From the NCBI GenBank assembly GCA_023481105.1, contig JAMCWK010000110.1:27414-91413 (forward strand): DNA of 64,000 nt, read 5' to 3'. The number at the start of each line of letters is the position of its first letter. Position 1 is the stretch's first letter. Both the position numbers and the translations under genes were made by a program. This document shows, in pieces, positions 1 to 8,839 of the stretch. The DNA is from Acidobacteriota bacterium (GTDB lineage: Bacteria > Acidobacteriota > Terriglobia > Acidiferrales > UBA7541). The notes under the pieces were generated by a model. That model saw only the letters and a program-made list of their open reading frames with translations, did no database searches and was not told the DNA's origin.

Positions 1-2
1 TG

Positions 3-131
3 GGGGTTGTGACGCACTACAACGAGGCCTTGGGCTCGACGTGCCACGTGACGACGTATGACCGCGTGAAGGGGCGCCCGGGCGACGTGCCGGATGAAAG
101 CGTCGGGGCAAGAATCACCAGCCGCCACTAA
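3..131 (+). CDS. 3' end of an unidentified CDS entering from upstream of the window
   Basis: Frame is open from the window edge (GVVTHYNEALGSTCHVTTYDRVKGRPGDVPDESVGARITSRH) to TAA at 129-131. No family recognised. Confidence 0.3.
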   Translation, partial: GVVTHYNEALGSTCHVTTYDRVKGRPGDVPDESVGARITSRH

Positions 132-182
132 TTACCTTTCCTAAAGATTTTCTTTTGATAGAATGCGCCGCAGGCTGCGCCT

Positions 183-3100
183 GTGGACGAAGTCTTCTTC
201 ATTGTCGTTCTTTTCTTTCTGGTCATTCTTGTAGCGCCGTTTGTCGCGTTGCGGCGAACCCGCAAGCTGAAACGCGAGTCGGCAACCAAGGATGAAGTCG
301 CCTACCTGACGCGGCGGATTTACGATCTGGAGCAGAGCCTCGAGAAACTTAGAAAGTCGTTTGAAGCGGCGCTCGCTGGCGGTGTTGCTGCGAAGCCTGC
401 GCAAACATCCGCTGCGCCGGTTCCGGCACCGAAGCCGGCTCAACCACCCCCGACAGCGCCTCCACCAAAACCTGCACCGATGGTTGCAGCGCCCGCAGCA
501 ACGCCTCCGCCGGGGCCAAGCCTAGAGCCAAAACCGGTTACACCAAAATTCGTGGCCGCAGCGGGTGCGGGATCCGCGCCAACGTTTGAAGGCGCGAGAA
601 TTGTGCCGAAGCGCGACTGGACGAACTTCGAAGAAAAGCTTGGCGCGAACTGGCTGAACAAAATTGGCGTGGCGGTGCTGATCTTGGGCGGAGCGTTCCT
701 GGCGAACTACGCCATGCAAACGCTCGGGCCCACGGGCAAAGCAACCCTGCTTTACGTGCTGGCGGCGACGCTGATCGGGCTGGGCGTGTTCGGGGAGAAA
801 AAAGAAAAATATCGCATTGGAGCGCGGGGCGTGCTAGGCGGCGGGTGGGCGCTGGCATATTTCACGACGTACGCCGTGCACAACGTCGAAGCCGTGCAGC
901 TCATCACGAGCCCCGCCGTGGGATTCGGGCTGCTGTTCGCGGTCGCGGCGGCAATGGTGTGGCACTCGCTGCGCTACGACTCGCAGGTGGTCACCGGCTT
1001 CGCGTACATGCTGGCGTTCGCGAGCGTGGCCGTGAGCCACATCACGGTGGGGACGCTGGTGTCGTCGGCGGTGTTGGCGGCGTCGCTGGTGGCGGTGCTG
1101 GCGCGACGGAAGTGGTACACGCTGGAACTTCCGGCGATTGCCGCGACCTACGGTGTGCACTGGTTCTGGCTGTGGCGCACGTATGAATACATCGGGGGTC
1201 ACAAGAAATTTCCGGAATTCCCGGCGAGCGTGGCGCTGTTGATTGTGTACTGGGCAATCTTCACGGTGTCGCATTTCCTGCGCGACGACAAGGAGCCCGC
1301 GCAGCGCATGGCCCTGACCGGGGCGTTCCTGCTGAACGTGGCGGGATTCCTGGCGGTGATGCGCTACCAGTCGTTTTATCCGCAGTGGCGCTTCTGGTTC
1401 CTGCTGGGCGTAGGCGTGGTGTACATCGCGCTGGCGCTGCTATCGCAGCGCCTGAAGCGTCGGCTGGGATTCATCCTGACGAGCACGCTGGGCGCGGCGC
1501 TGGTGGCGGTGGCCATTCCTTACCGGTTCGCGGGGGCGCGGCTGGAAATAATTTGGCTGGTGGAGGCGGAGGCGCTGCTGATCATCGGCTGGCGCGCGTT
1601 GGACGTGCACCTGCGTCGGTTGGGATGGATTGCGCTGGGCGTGCTTGGCACGTGGGTGACGTTCCAGGACTTGTCTCCGCGGCTGGTGGACTGGACGCCG
1701 CCGGATTGGCCGACGGGATGGATGTTGCTGGTGCTGGCCGCAGCATTCTATTTGAACGCACGGTACGCGCCGCGGCTGCTGGTGGAACACGCAACGGAAA
1801 CCGAGTTGGCCGCAGCCACAATTTGTTTCGGCGCGGGCACGGCTTTCCTGCTGGCGGCCGTGTGGTTCGCGTTGCCGTTTATGTGGGTAGGGCTGGCGTG
1901 GACCGCGCTGGCGCTAATCATTTGCGAATTCGGAAGACGATGGGACGAAAAAGCGCTGCGCGTGTGCGGGCACGGCGCTGCGTTGCTCGCTGCCGTGCGA
2001 CTGTTGTACATCAACCTGCAATATGCGCCGGCCATAAGCGGTGTGAGCTTGCGCGTGGTGACGGTGGCGATTGCCGCGGCGATGTTTTACATCGGCGCGC
2101 GAAGAATCCGGCCGACGGAGTTTGGAGACGTGGAGGAAGGCACAGGACAGGCTCCCTCGGATTCCCTCGGGACAAGTCGAAAGCCTGTCCTACAGTGGCT
2201 GCCGGCGGCGTACTCGTGGGCGGCGACGTCGCTGGTGGGGCTGCTGGTGTGGAACGAAGCGACCAACGCGGCAGTCGGGTTGGCGTGGGCGCTGCTGGGA
2301 TTGGCTCTGGTGGAAGTTGGGCGAAGTTTGACGGACCGACCGCTGGTGGCGCAGGGACACACGCTGTTGGCCATGAGTTTCGCGCGAATTTTCTTCGCGG
2401 ATCTGAACACCGAGAGGGTGTTGTGGATCTTGCCGGCGAGAGTGGTGACCGTTGGACTGCTGGCGGCGATTTACTATTACACGGGCTACACGGCGGAAGA
2501 GCGCACGCCAAAAATGCGCACGGCGCTGCTGTGGTTTGGGACCACGGCGCTCGCGGCGATGTTGCGGTTTCAGCTGATCGCGGAATGGGTGGCGGTGGGC
2601 TGGGCGGCGCTGACGGTGGTGTTGTATTTTGCCGGGCGGAAACTGCGGTTGCCGACGCTGAATTCTCAGGCGTTCGTTGTGACCCTGCTGGTCGCAGCGC
2701 GCTGCGCGTTCGACAATTTCTACCAGACGGGGCCGCTGTGGTTCACCAACGCGCGGGCGGCCACGGTCACGCTGGCGTCGGTGATGCTGTACGCTCTGCT
2801 GGGAGTGGCGCTGTGGGAAAAACGAAGGGATTCCGCGAAAGGGGCACAGCAAGCAGGGCCCCTACAAAGCGAATCGAATTGGCGGGTGGTGCGCTGGGTG
2901 CAGAAGGCGTTTCGCTGGATGGATGCGAACCCACAGCAAATTTATTTCTTTGTGCCGACAATCTTGCTGACGGTGCTGGTGAGCTTGGAGATGAGCCGGA
3001 ACTACAAGAGCTACCTGACGGCGAGCTGGGGACTGGAGGCGTTTTTGATTTTTGTGGTGGCCCTGAAGCTGGGAGAACGCACTTATCGCTGGTTCAGCCT

Positions 3101-3263
3101 GGGACTGTTGCTGTTGTGTGTGGTTCGCGTGGTGGCCGTGGATATTCCGGGAATTGAGAATCCGCTGGGGCGGATTGTGTCGCTGATGGGGCTGGGAGCG
3201 GCGCTGCTGCTGGTGAGTTTTCTGTATGCAAGGAACAAGGAGCTGTTCAAGAAATATCTGTGA
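183..3263 (+). CDS. Large polytopic membrane protein, DUF2339-like
   Basis: 1026-aa ORF with a GTG start. It has an N-terminal TM helix, a coiled-coil segment and a Pro/Ala-rich linker, then more than 20 hydrophobic helices. This layout is typical of DUF2339 proteins. Confidence 0.65.
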   Translation: MDEVFFIVVLFFLVILVAPFVALRRTRKLKRESATKDEVAYLTRRIYDLEQSLEKLRKSFEAALAGGVAAKPAQTSAAPVPAPKPAQPPPTAPPPKPAPMVAAPAATPPPGPSLEPKPVTPKFVAAAGAGSAPTFEGARIVPKRDWTNFEEKLGANWLNKIGVAVLILGGAFLANYAMQTLGPTGKATLLYVLAATLIGLGVFGEKKEKYRIGARGVLGGGWALAYFTTYAVHNVEAVQLITSPAVGFGLLFAVAAAMVWHSLRYDSQVVTGFAYMLAFASVAVSHITVGTLVSSAVLAASLVAVLARRKWYTLELPAIAATYGVHWFWLWRTYEYIGGHKKFPEFPASVALLIVYWAIFTVSHFLRDDKEPAQRMALTGAFLLNVAGFLAVMRYQSFYPQWRFWFLLGVGVVYIALALLSQRLKRRLGFILTSTLGAALVAVAIPYRFAGARLEIIWLVEAEALLIIGWRALDVHLRRLGWIALGVLGTWVTFQDLSPRLVDWTPPDWPTGWMLLVLAAAFYLNARYAPRLLVEHATETELAAATICFGAGTAFLLAAVWFALPFMWVGLAWTALALIICEFGRRWDEKALRVCGHGAALLAAVRLLYINLQYAPAISGVSLRVVTVAIAAAMFYIGARRIRPTEFGDVEEGTGQAPSDSLGTSRKPVLQWLPAAYSWAATSLVGLLVWNEATNAAVGLAWALLGLALVEVGRSLTDRPLVAQGHTLLAMSFARIFFADLNTERVLWILPARVVTVGLLAAIYYYTGYTAEERTPKMRTALLWFGTTALAAMLRFQLIAEWVAVGWAALTVVLYFAGRKLRLPTLNSQAFVVTLLVAARCAFDNFYQTGPLWFTNARAATVTLASVMLYALLGVALWEKRRDSAKGAQQAGPLQSESNWRVVRWVQKAFRWMDANPQQIYFFVPTILLTVLVSLEMSRNYKSYLTASWGLEAFLIFVVALKLGERTYRWFSLGLLLLCVVRVVAVDIPGIENPLGRIVSLMGLGAALLLVSFLYARNKELFKKYL

Positions 3264-5053
3264 AGAAGAGACGCATTGTCGCGGTGGGTTTGCTGCTGGT
3301 GGGCGCGGTGGCGCTGTTCGCGTTGCAGCGGCGGCTGGTGACCACGGAAATCACCCCGCGACCGCTGCTGTACCTCGTCGCGGATACGGAGCGCGAAGCG
3401 GAGCGTATCCCACTTGCGCTGACGCGGGTGAGCGACCGCGAAGAAAATCAAATCGGACAGGAAATCGCGCGCGCATACGGGCTGATGCCGGCAATTCACA
3501 AGGACGCGGATGCGCAGCGCATCGCCGCGTATGTGCAGGAAGTAGGCAAGCGGCTGACGGCCAACGTGAAGCGCAAAGAAATTCAGTACCGTTTTTATTT
3601 CAAGGACGAACCGCATTTTGTGAATGCGGGCGCGCTGCCCGGCGGACAGATTGTCATCGGGCGCGGGCTGCTGGAGCTGCTGGAGTCGGAGGACGAGCTG
3701 GCGGCGATTCTCGGGCACGAAATCGCGCACGTGGACGAGCGGCACGCCATCGAGCGGCTGCAATACGAATTGCAGAGCCGCAAAATCGGCATGCGCGGGC
3801 TATACCGCATCGCGCAGATCGGCGTCGTGCTTTTTCAAATGGGATACACCAAGGAAAAAGAGGACGAAGCGGATCGCGTGGGACTGGCGCTGACCGTGCG
3901 CGCGGGGTACTCGCCGGCGGGAGCCGTGGAGGTGATGAAGCGATTCGACCGGCTGTTCGGCGGTCAGGCACGCCCGGCAACTTCGCCGGTGGAAGAGATG
4001 ACGCGCATGCCGTTTAAATCGCTGCGGGAATATTTTCGTTCGCATCCGCCGGCGCGCGAGCGCATCGCCACGCTCGAAAAAGAAATACAGGCGCGCGGAT
4101 ACAACGCAGCACAGGCGCAGAAACCGCTCGGGGTGCGCGCAATTTTCTTGGCGGAGCAGGCGGCGGAGTTCGACCGGCACGGCGTGTTTGACCGCGCAAT
4201 TGCACGCTATGAAGAAGCGCTCAAGGCCGATCGCGAATACTGGATAGCATGGGAAGGAATGGCGCAAGCCAAGTGGCGCAGCGGAGACGCTGCGGGCACC
4301 ACAAAAGCCACAACCGAGGCCTTGCAAAGACGGCCCGATATGCCTCGCCTCTGGAAGCTTTTCGCCGAGGCGCTGGCCGCGTCGGGCCGCGCCGGCGCGC
4401 CGGATGAATTCACAAAACAATACCGCGAGTTGTCCCCCAGACTGACCGATCCGGCACAAAAACAGATCTTGAGCGAACGAGCCGGGCTGGACTTTTTCAC
4501 CGGAACGAGATCCGCGAAGGAGCTTTATCAAATGACTCTGACCAGCGGAATGACGCCGTTCTTCGAATCAGAGCATCGGCGCCGCGTGGCGTGGTGGATG
4601 TGGCGGACTGGAAAGGCGCAGGAGGCGCTCAAAGAGCTGGAGGCAGCCCGGCAAGTATTCCCGCAGGGAGTTGGAGTCGGCACGGAAATGGCCTGGGCGC
4701 TGAGCGACCTGGGACGGCAGGCCGACGCGATGGAGAGGATGGACGCGCCGCCGGGAACAGGCGGCGTGGTGGTAACACCGCCAGGCGTGCCTTCGAGCTT
4801 GTATAGGACGCAAACCGGAGACGGCCAGGGCGAGGCGCTGTCGGCGGTCATCTTGTGGCGAACCGGGCAGCGCGAGGAAGCGAAATCGGCTTTTCGAAGG
4901 GCAACTGAAGCGGACCCAGTGTGGATGGTGGCGAAGTGGGTGGAGAATAATTACAGCGCGGAAGCTGCGGCGGTAATTGCGAAGTTGCAGGCGGAGGAGA
5001 TGGCGCGGCGGAAAAAAGAAGAAGCGAAACGGGCCGCGGCGGCCAAGCGATAG
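3260..5053 (+). CDS. M48-family zinc metallopeptidase with C-terminal TPR-like region
   Basis: HExxH motif (ILGHEIAHVDERH) followed by a downstream EDEADRVG block typical of M48. Has a signal/anchor (KKRRIVAVGLLLVGAVALFAL). The GTG start overlaps the upstream stop by 4 nt (GTGA). Confidence 0.8.
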   Translation: MKKRRIVAVGLLLVGAVALFALQRRLVTTEITPRPLLYLVADTEREAERIPLALTRVSDREENQIGQEIARAYGLMPAIHKDADAQRIAAYVQEVGKRLTANVKRKEIQYRFYFKDEPHFVNAGALPGGQIVIGRGLLELLESEDELAAILGHEIAHVDERHAIERLQYELQSRKIGMRGLYRIAQIGVVLFQMGYTKEKEDEADRVGLALTVRAGYSPAGAVEVMKRFDRLFGGQARPATSPVEEMTRMPFKSLREYFRSHPPARERIATLEKEIQARGYNAAQAQKPLGVRAIFLAEQAAEFDRHGVFDRAIARYEEALKADREYWIAWEGMAQAKWRSGDAAGTTKATTEALQRRPDMPRLWKLFAEALAASGRAGAPDEFTKQYRELSPRLTDPAQKQILSERAGLDFFTGTRSAKELYQMTLTSGMTPFFESEHRRRVAWWMWRTGKAQEALKELEAARQVFPQGVGVGTEMAWALSDLGRQADAMERMDAPPGTGGVVVTPPGVPSSLYRTQTGDGQGEALSAVILWRTGQREEAKSAFRRATEADPVWMVAKWVENNYSAEAAAVIAKLQAEEMARRKKEEAKRAAAAKR

Positions 5054-5167
5054 CGGTAATCAGGAATTCCATTCCCAGTCGTGGAGTGCGCGCTTTACTC
5101 CAAGGCGCGCGTACGCTAGCATTCCGGCCTCAATAGAATCCTTCCATCGAGTCAACAGGAGGGACCC

Positions 5168-5518
5168 ATGTACGCAAGGGTGATGCAGATCCGCATTCTG
5201 CCGGGCAAACTGAGCGAATTTCTTGTGGCGGTGGAATCGCTGCGGCCGGGGCTGCTCAGGCAGCCGGGGTTCCGGGCGATGATGATCTTACGCTCGCCGG
5301 AGACGCCCGCCAAGGAAGGCTGCGACCGTGAAATCTGCGCGACGACATACACAGTCTGGGAATCGATGGAACACATGCGCGCGAGCGAGAAAAACATGTT
5401 TCTCTATCAGGCGCTGGCACGGATGAAGGAACATTGCAAGGGGTTCCCGCAGATCCACGAGGAAGAAGTGATTGCCAGCGAGCTGGGCGGCGCTCCGTCA
5501 GATGATACGCAAAGCTAG
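5168..5518 (+). CDS. Small ABM-like (antibiotic biosynthesis monooxygenase fold) protein
   Basis: 116 aa. AGGAGGG Shine-Dalgarno sequence lies before the ATG. The sequence pattern (ARVMQIRILPGK...YTVWESMEHMRASE) resembles ABM/dimeric alpha-beta barrel proteins. Confidence 0.45.
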   Translation: MYARVMQIRILPGKLSEFLVAVESLRPGLLRQPGFRAMMILRSPETPAKEGCDREICATTYTVWESMEHMRASEKNMFLYQALARMKEHCKGFPQIHEEEVIASELGGAPSDDTQS

Positions 5519-5593
5519 AAACGCGCCGAATGGGGCGTGAGGAATGATTCGCAAATCGCGGTTCGCCATTCGTAAATAAACTTCAACAAATGA

Positions 5594-6058
5594 TCAACAA
5601 ACAGACGTCCCCGCGTGACTGCGGGACGCCTTGAGCCTTGCTCCGCCGGAGCAGCCGGAGCACAGGCCGAGGAATTCGAGGCGGTAGTTCTGCACCTGGA
5701 AGCCAAAACGGCGGCGACCCATCTGCCGCGTGCGCGCCCAGAAATCCGCGGGCAGGCCCAGCTCGACATCTTCCAGCGCGCCACAGCGCTTGCAAATGAG
5801 GTGCTCGTGCGACTCGGTGACGGAATCATAGCGGCTGGCGTCGTCGCCGAACTGCAGCTCGGCGATGAGCCCGCGGCTGGTGAGCCAGTTGAGCGCATTG
5901 TAGATGGTGGCGAAAGAAACGCCGGGGCGGCGGCGGCGCACCATGCGAAACACTTCCGCGGCCGTGGGATGATAGCGGCGCGCGCGCAGGGCCGCCAGCA
6001 CGGCGGCGCGATGCGGTGTCAAATGCAGCGAAGTGGAATGATGCGCAGTCTGTGGCAT
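5594..6058 (-). CDS. fur: Fur-family metalloregulator (Fur/PerR/Zur class not resolved)
   Basis: Winged-helix N-terminal domain (HPTAAEVFRMVRRRRPGVSFATIYNALNWL). HEHLICKRCG and CSGC metal-site motifs are present. The ATG at 6058 is preceded by AAGGAG; the longer ORF-track start at 6145 has no support. Confidence 0.8.
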   Translation of the reverse strand: MPQTAHHSTSLHLTPHRAAVLAALRARRYHPTAAEVFRMVRRRRPGVSFATIYNALNWLTSRGLIAELQFGDDASRYDSVTESHEHLICKRCGALEDVELGLPADFWARTRQMGRRRFGFQVQNYRLEFLGLCSGCSGGARLKASRSHAGTSVC

Positions 6059-6144
6059 GGGCGGCTCCTTTCGCCTGACGTTCTGCCTTCCGCTCGCAGC
6101 CAGCGGCGTCCGCGTGGGTTGCGTGCGGGTCGAACGCCTGGACA

Positions 6145-6155
6145 AGAATCATTCT
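6145..6155. promoter_or_regulatory. Perfect 5-1-5 palindrome AGAATCATTCT overlapping the fur -10 element (candidate autoregulatory operator)
   Basis: AGAAT-C-ATTCT is read directly from the sequence. It contains the AATCATT core found in classical Fur boxes and overlaps the TAGAAT -10. Confidence 0.4.
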
Positions 6156-6179
6156 AAGTTGCACCGACTCCGAAAACAA
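6151..6179 (-). promoter_or_regulatory. Candidate sigma70-type promoter of the fur-family gene
   Basis: On the minus strand: -35 TTGTTT (6179-6174), a 17-nt spacer, then -10 TAGAAT (6156-6151). It lies about 95 nt upstream of the ATG at 6058. Confidence 0.45.
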
Positions 6180-6226
6180 GACAATTTTATCTTTTATTAC
6201 CGCGGCGTGAAGGCACACCAGCAGGC

Positions 6227-6490
6227 TTAGCCCTGGCGGGCGCGCTCGAGCTGGCGGCGGAATTGGGCCAGGTCCAGGCGGTGCTTGGCGACTTTGCGCT
6301 CGCCGAGGAAAATCACGGGGACGTCCACATCGTAAAGCGCGCGGAGGGATTCGTCGGCGTCAATGTCCACTTCGCGCAGGCGCGCGCCGAATTCGCGCAG
6401 CAGCGGCGCCATCTGCGCTTTGGCTTCCTCGCAGAGATGGCAGCCCTGGCGAGTGTACAGCGTGACTTCGATTTCCGGCGAAGTTGTCAT
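6227..6490 (-). CDS. Glutaredoxin-like protein (DUF836/glutaredoxin 2 type)
   Basis: CxxC motif in a thioredoxin-fold context (VTLYTRQGCHLCEEAK...DVPVIF). ATG at 6490; an alternative GTG lies at 6508. Confidence 0.7.
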   Translation of the reverse strand: MTTSPEIEVTLYTRQGCHLCEEAKAQMAPLLREFGARLREVDIDADESLRALYDVDVPVIFLGERKVAKHRLDLAQFRRQLERARQG

Positions 6491-6644
6491 CTGGCCTTTG
6501 AGGCGCACCTGCTATGTTACATCAGCCGAATCCTCCGGTCAGACCGAAGCTGCATGCAAGGCTTCGATGGGGACCTGCGCTACAATGAATGCTCAGGCGA
6601 CACGAAACTCAGGACGCACATCGAAGAGGCTGGTGAGGGCGAAG

Positions 6645-6998
6645 ATGAGCCGTGTGGTGGCGCTGGCGGAAGACCTGTTCTTCATTGCAAAAATGAAGGA
6701 GACGGCGAAGCAGGCAGGCGTGCCGCTGGAAACGGCGGGGAGCGCAGAGGCGCTGGCGGAAGCGGCGCGCGCGGAAGGGACTTCCCTGCTGATTGTGGAC
6801 TTGAACTCGCGAGGCAGCATCGAAGCGATTGAACATTTGCGGGCCGCGGGAAACACGTTGCCGGTGATCGCATTCTTCTCGCATGTGCAGGCGGAGCTGG
6901 CGGAACGCGCGCGGCTGGCGGGCTGCGAGCAGGTGATGCCGCGGTCGAAATTCTCGAGGGACCTGGCGGAGATTTTGAGCAAGGCGAAAGCATCGTAA
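6645..6998 (+). CDS. Stand-alone receiver (CheY-like) domain protein
   Basis: About 117 aa with an alternating beta-alpha pattern. Has an acidic N-terminal pocket (LAED), a candidate phospho-acceptor (LLIVDLN) and a conserved S/T position (AFFSH). The canonical K-P motif is not obvious. The upstream part of ORF 6363-6998 overlaps the glutaredoxin gene and is rejected. Confidence 0.5.
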   Translation: MSRVVALAEDLFFIAKMKETAKQAGVPLETAGSAEALAEAARAEGTSLLIVDLNSRGSIEAIEHLRAAGNTLPVIAFFSHVQAELAERARLAGCEQVMPRSKFSRDLAEILSKAKAS

Positions 6999-7000
6999 TT

Positions 7001-7028
7001 GGTGATTGGTGATTAGTGATTTGTGATT
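7001..7028. repeat. Four tandem heptamers (GGTGATT GGTGATT AGTGATT TGTGATT)
   Basis: Read directly from the sequence. The repeat starts 3 nt after the receiver-gene stop (TAA 6996-6998) and ends 24 nt before the ATG at 7052. Confidence 0.9.
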
Positions 7029-7051
7029 CCCCAAAAAGCGGAAACATCGAA

Positions 7052-7987
7052 ATGAAAAATCTTAAGGTCGCCAAAAGCTTTTGCGTAGTCTTGGTGCTTG
7101 TGCTTTCGAGTTTCCTTTTTGGCCTGGATGCGGCCGCACAAACGAAAGAGACGGAGGAAGAAAAGCCGTCGGTTGCGCTGGCCAGCGCGCTGGCCGCGGC
7201 GTGCCGTCAGAATGAAACGATCTTCCTGCGCTACCAAACTGCGGAGAATTCGCTGGCGTTCCGTAAACTGCTGGCGAGCCAGAAAAGCAATCTAATGAAG
7301 CGGATTGTGCAAGCGAGTGATGCGGGACGCCCGCTACTATCGGACAGCGCCGAGGGACGCACCGTGCTGCGGTGTGAGACTGCCGGCAAAACCACGGAGC
7401 TGCGCTTCGGCGCGGAGCGCGTGCAGGAGAATCTCGCGTTTGTGCCGGTGGAGGCCGTCGGAGGACAGCGCGCGGAGTTCGGGATGGTGCGCGAGGGCGG
7501 CGGGTGGAAGATGCTCTCGGTGGGGTTGGTGCTGCTGAACCTGACGGAGCTGGCGAAGCAGTGGACGACTCCGGAAGAGCTCGCGGGCGCCGCGGAAAAC
7601 AGCGAGGCGGCAGCCATCGTCACCCTGCGGCGACTGGCGGAGGCGGTGGAGACCTACAAGAAAGGTTTTGGGAAGCTTCCCACACAGCTCGCGCAACTCG
7701 GGCCGGCGCGACGCGGAGAGGTTTCTCCGGACCACGCGAACCTGATCGAGCAAGAGCTGGCGGAGGGAAGCAAAGGCGGATACGTGTTTGTGTACCGGCT
7801 GGTCCCTGCGCCCAAGGCCGCAGAAGGACAGGAAGCGGCGGAACCTACCTACGCACTGACGGCTACGCCGGCAGAGTACGGCAAGACCGGAAAACGCTCT
7901 TTTTATTTGGACTCGAGCGGAGAATTGCGCGGCGCAGACAAGCAGGGCGCCGCAGGCACGGTGGAAGACCCGAAAGTAAGTCCATAA
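7052..7987 (+). CDS. Secreted protein with a C-terminal pilin-head-like domain but a Sec-type signal peptide
   Basis: Signal peptide MKNLKVAKSFCVVLVLVLSSFLFGLDAAAQ. The C-terminal half (SEAAAIVTLRRLAEAVETYKKGFG...GSKGGYVFVYRL...YALTATPAEYGKTGKRSFYLDSSGELR) resembles the globular domain of GspG/type IV pilin-like proteins. Confidence 0.55.
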   Translation: MKNLKVAKSFCVVLVLVLSSFLFGLDAAAQTKETEEEKPSVALASALAAACRQNETIFLRYQTAENSLAFRKLLASQKSNLMKRIVQASDAGRPLLSDSAEGRTVLRCETAGKTTELRFGAERVQENLAFVPVEAVGGQRAEFGMVREGGGWKMLSVGLVLLNLTELAKQWTTPEELAGAAENSEAAAIVTLRRLAEAVETYKKGFGKLPTQLAQLGPARRGEVSPDHANLIEQELAEGSKGGYVFVYRLVPAPKAAEGQEAAEPTYALTATPAEYGKTGKRSFYLDSSGELRGADKQGAAGTVEDPKVSP

Positions 7988-8064
7988 TACGGAGGCGGGG
8001 CGAAGGCTGGTACAATCGTGCGCGGTTCCGAAGAGCACGCGCAAGTCATTTGCAAGGAGCGAGC

Positions 8065-8673
8065 ATGGCACAAGCGCAAAGCGCGACAAGAATGGTGCTG
8101 GCCGAACGGTTGATCCCCGGCGAAGGGCTGCTGTGGGAGGCGGCGCGGATTTTGTCGGCCAACGTGCTGCTGGTTTTGTGCGCGCAGATTGCGGTGCCGC
8201 TGCCGTGGACGCAGGTGCCGGTGACCGGGCAGACGTTCGGCGTGCTGCTGGTGGCCGTGCTGCTGGGAGCGCGGCGCGGCGCGCTCGCGTTGGGACTGTA
8301 TTTGTTGGAAGGCGCGGCGGGTTGGCCGGTGTTCGCGCCCTTCGGATTGCCCGGCGCGGCGCGTTTGCTAGGGCCGACGGCCGGATACTTGTGGGCGTTT
8401 CCGGTGGCCGCGTTTGTGACCGGCTGGCTGGCTGAGCGAATCGAGAGCTTTTCTTCATGGAGCGGAAAGGCTCGGCTGGCAGGTGCGGTGCTGGTGGGGC
8501 ACGCCGTGATTCTGAGCGGTGGCGTGATGTGGCTGGCGTCGGTGATGGCGATGGGTGCGGCCGCGGCGCTGGCGCAGGGGCTCGCTCCGTTTGTGCTGCT
8601 GGACGTGCCGGTGAAGACGGCGCTGGTGGTGGCGGCGGCGCGGGGAATGGACCGGGTGAAGCACCCAGCGTAA
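8065..8673 (+). CDS. bioY: Biotin transporter BioY
   Basis: AAGGAG precedes the ATG at 8065. About 200 aa with about 6 TM helices. BioY-like blocks are present (VPVTGQTFGVLL, GPTAGYLWAFP, FVLLDVPVKTAL). Confidence 0.8.
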   Translation: MAQAQSATRMVLAERLIPGEGLLWEAARILSANVLLVLCAQIAVPLPWTQVPVTGQTFGVLLVAVLLGARRGALALGLYLLEGAAGWPVFAPFGLPGAARLLGPTAGYLWAFPVAAFVTGWLAERIESFSSWSGKARLAGAVLVGHAVILSGGVMWLASVMAMGAAAALAQGLAPFVLLDVPVKTALVVAAARGMDRVKHPA

Positions 8674-8839
8674 GCGGAGCCGCAGGGAATCCTCGCAAGT
8701 GGTCTCCAGAAATTTCAAATTGCAGATTTCAGATCGCAAAATCGAAGACCAAGAATCAGTAAGGGGCAGGAGCCAGCTCTTCGTGCCCTGCGGCGTTCCT
8801 GCGACCGTTCGCAAACGTTTTGCGTGCCTTGCGACTGCG

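Noticed and set aside
1385-3157. 590-aa alternative-frame ORF inside the DUF2339-like gene
   Set aside because: It is on the same strand but out of frame, and Gly/Arg/Ala-rich. The frame starting at 183 gives coherent transmembrane helices.
7337-8698. 453-aa ORF on the minus strand, Pro/Ala/Arg-rich
   Set aside because: It overlaps the well-supported bioY and secreted-protein genes on the plus strand. Its composition is typical of antisense frames.
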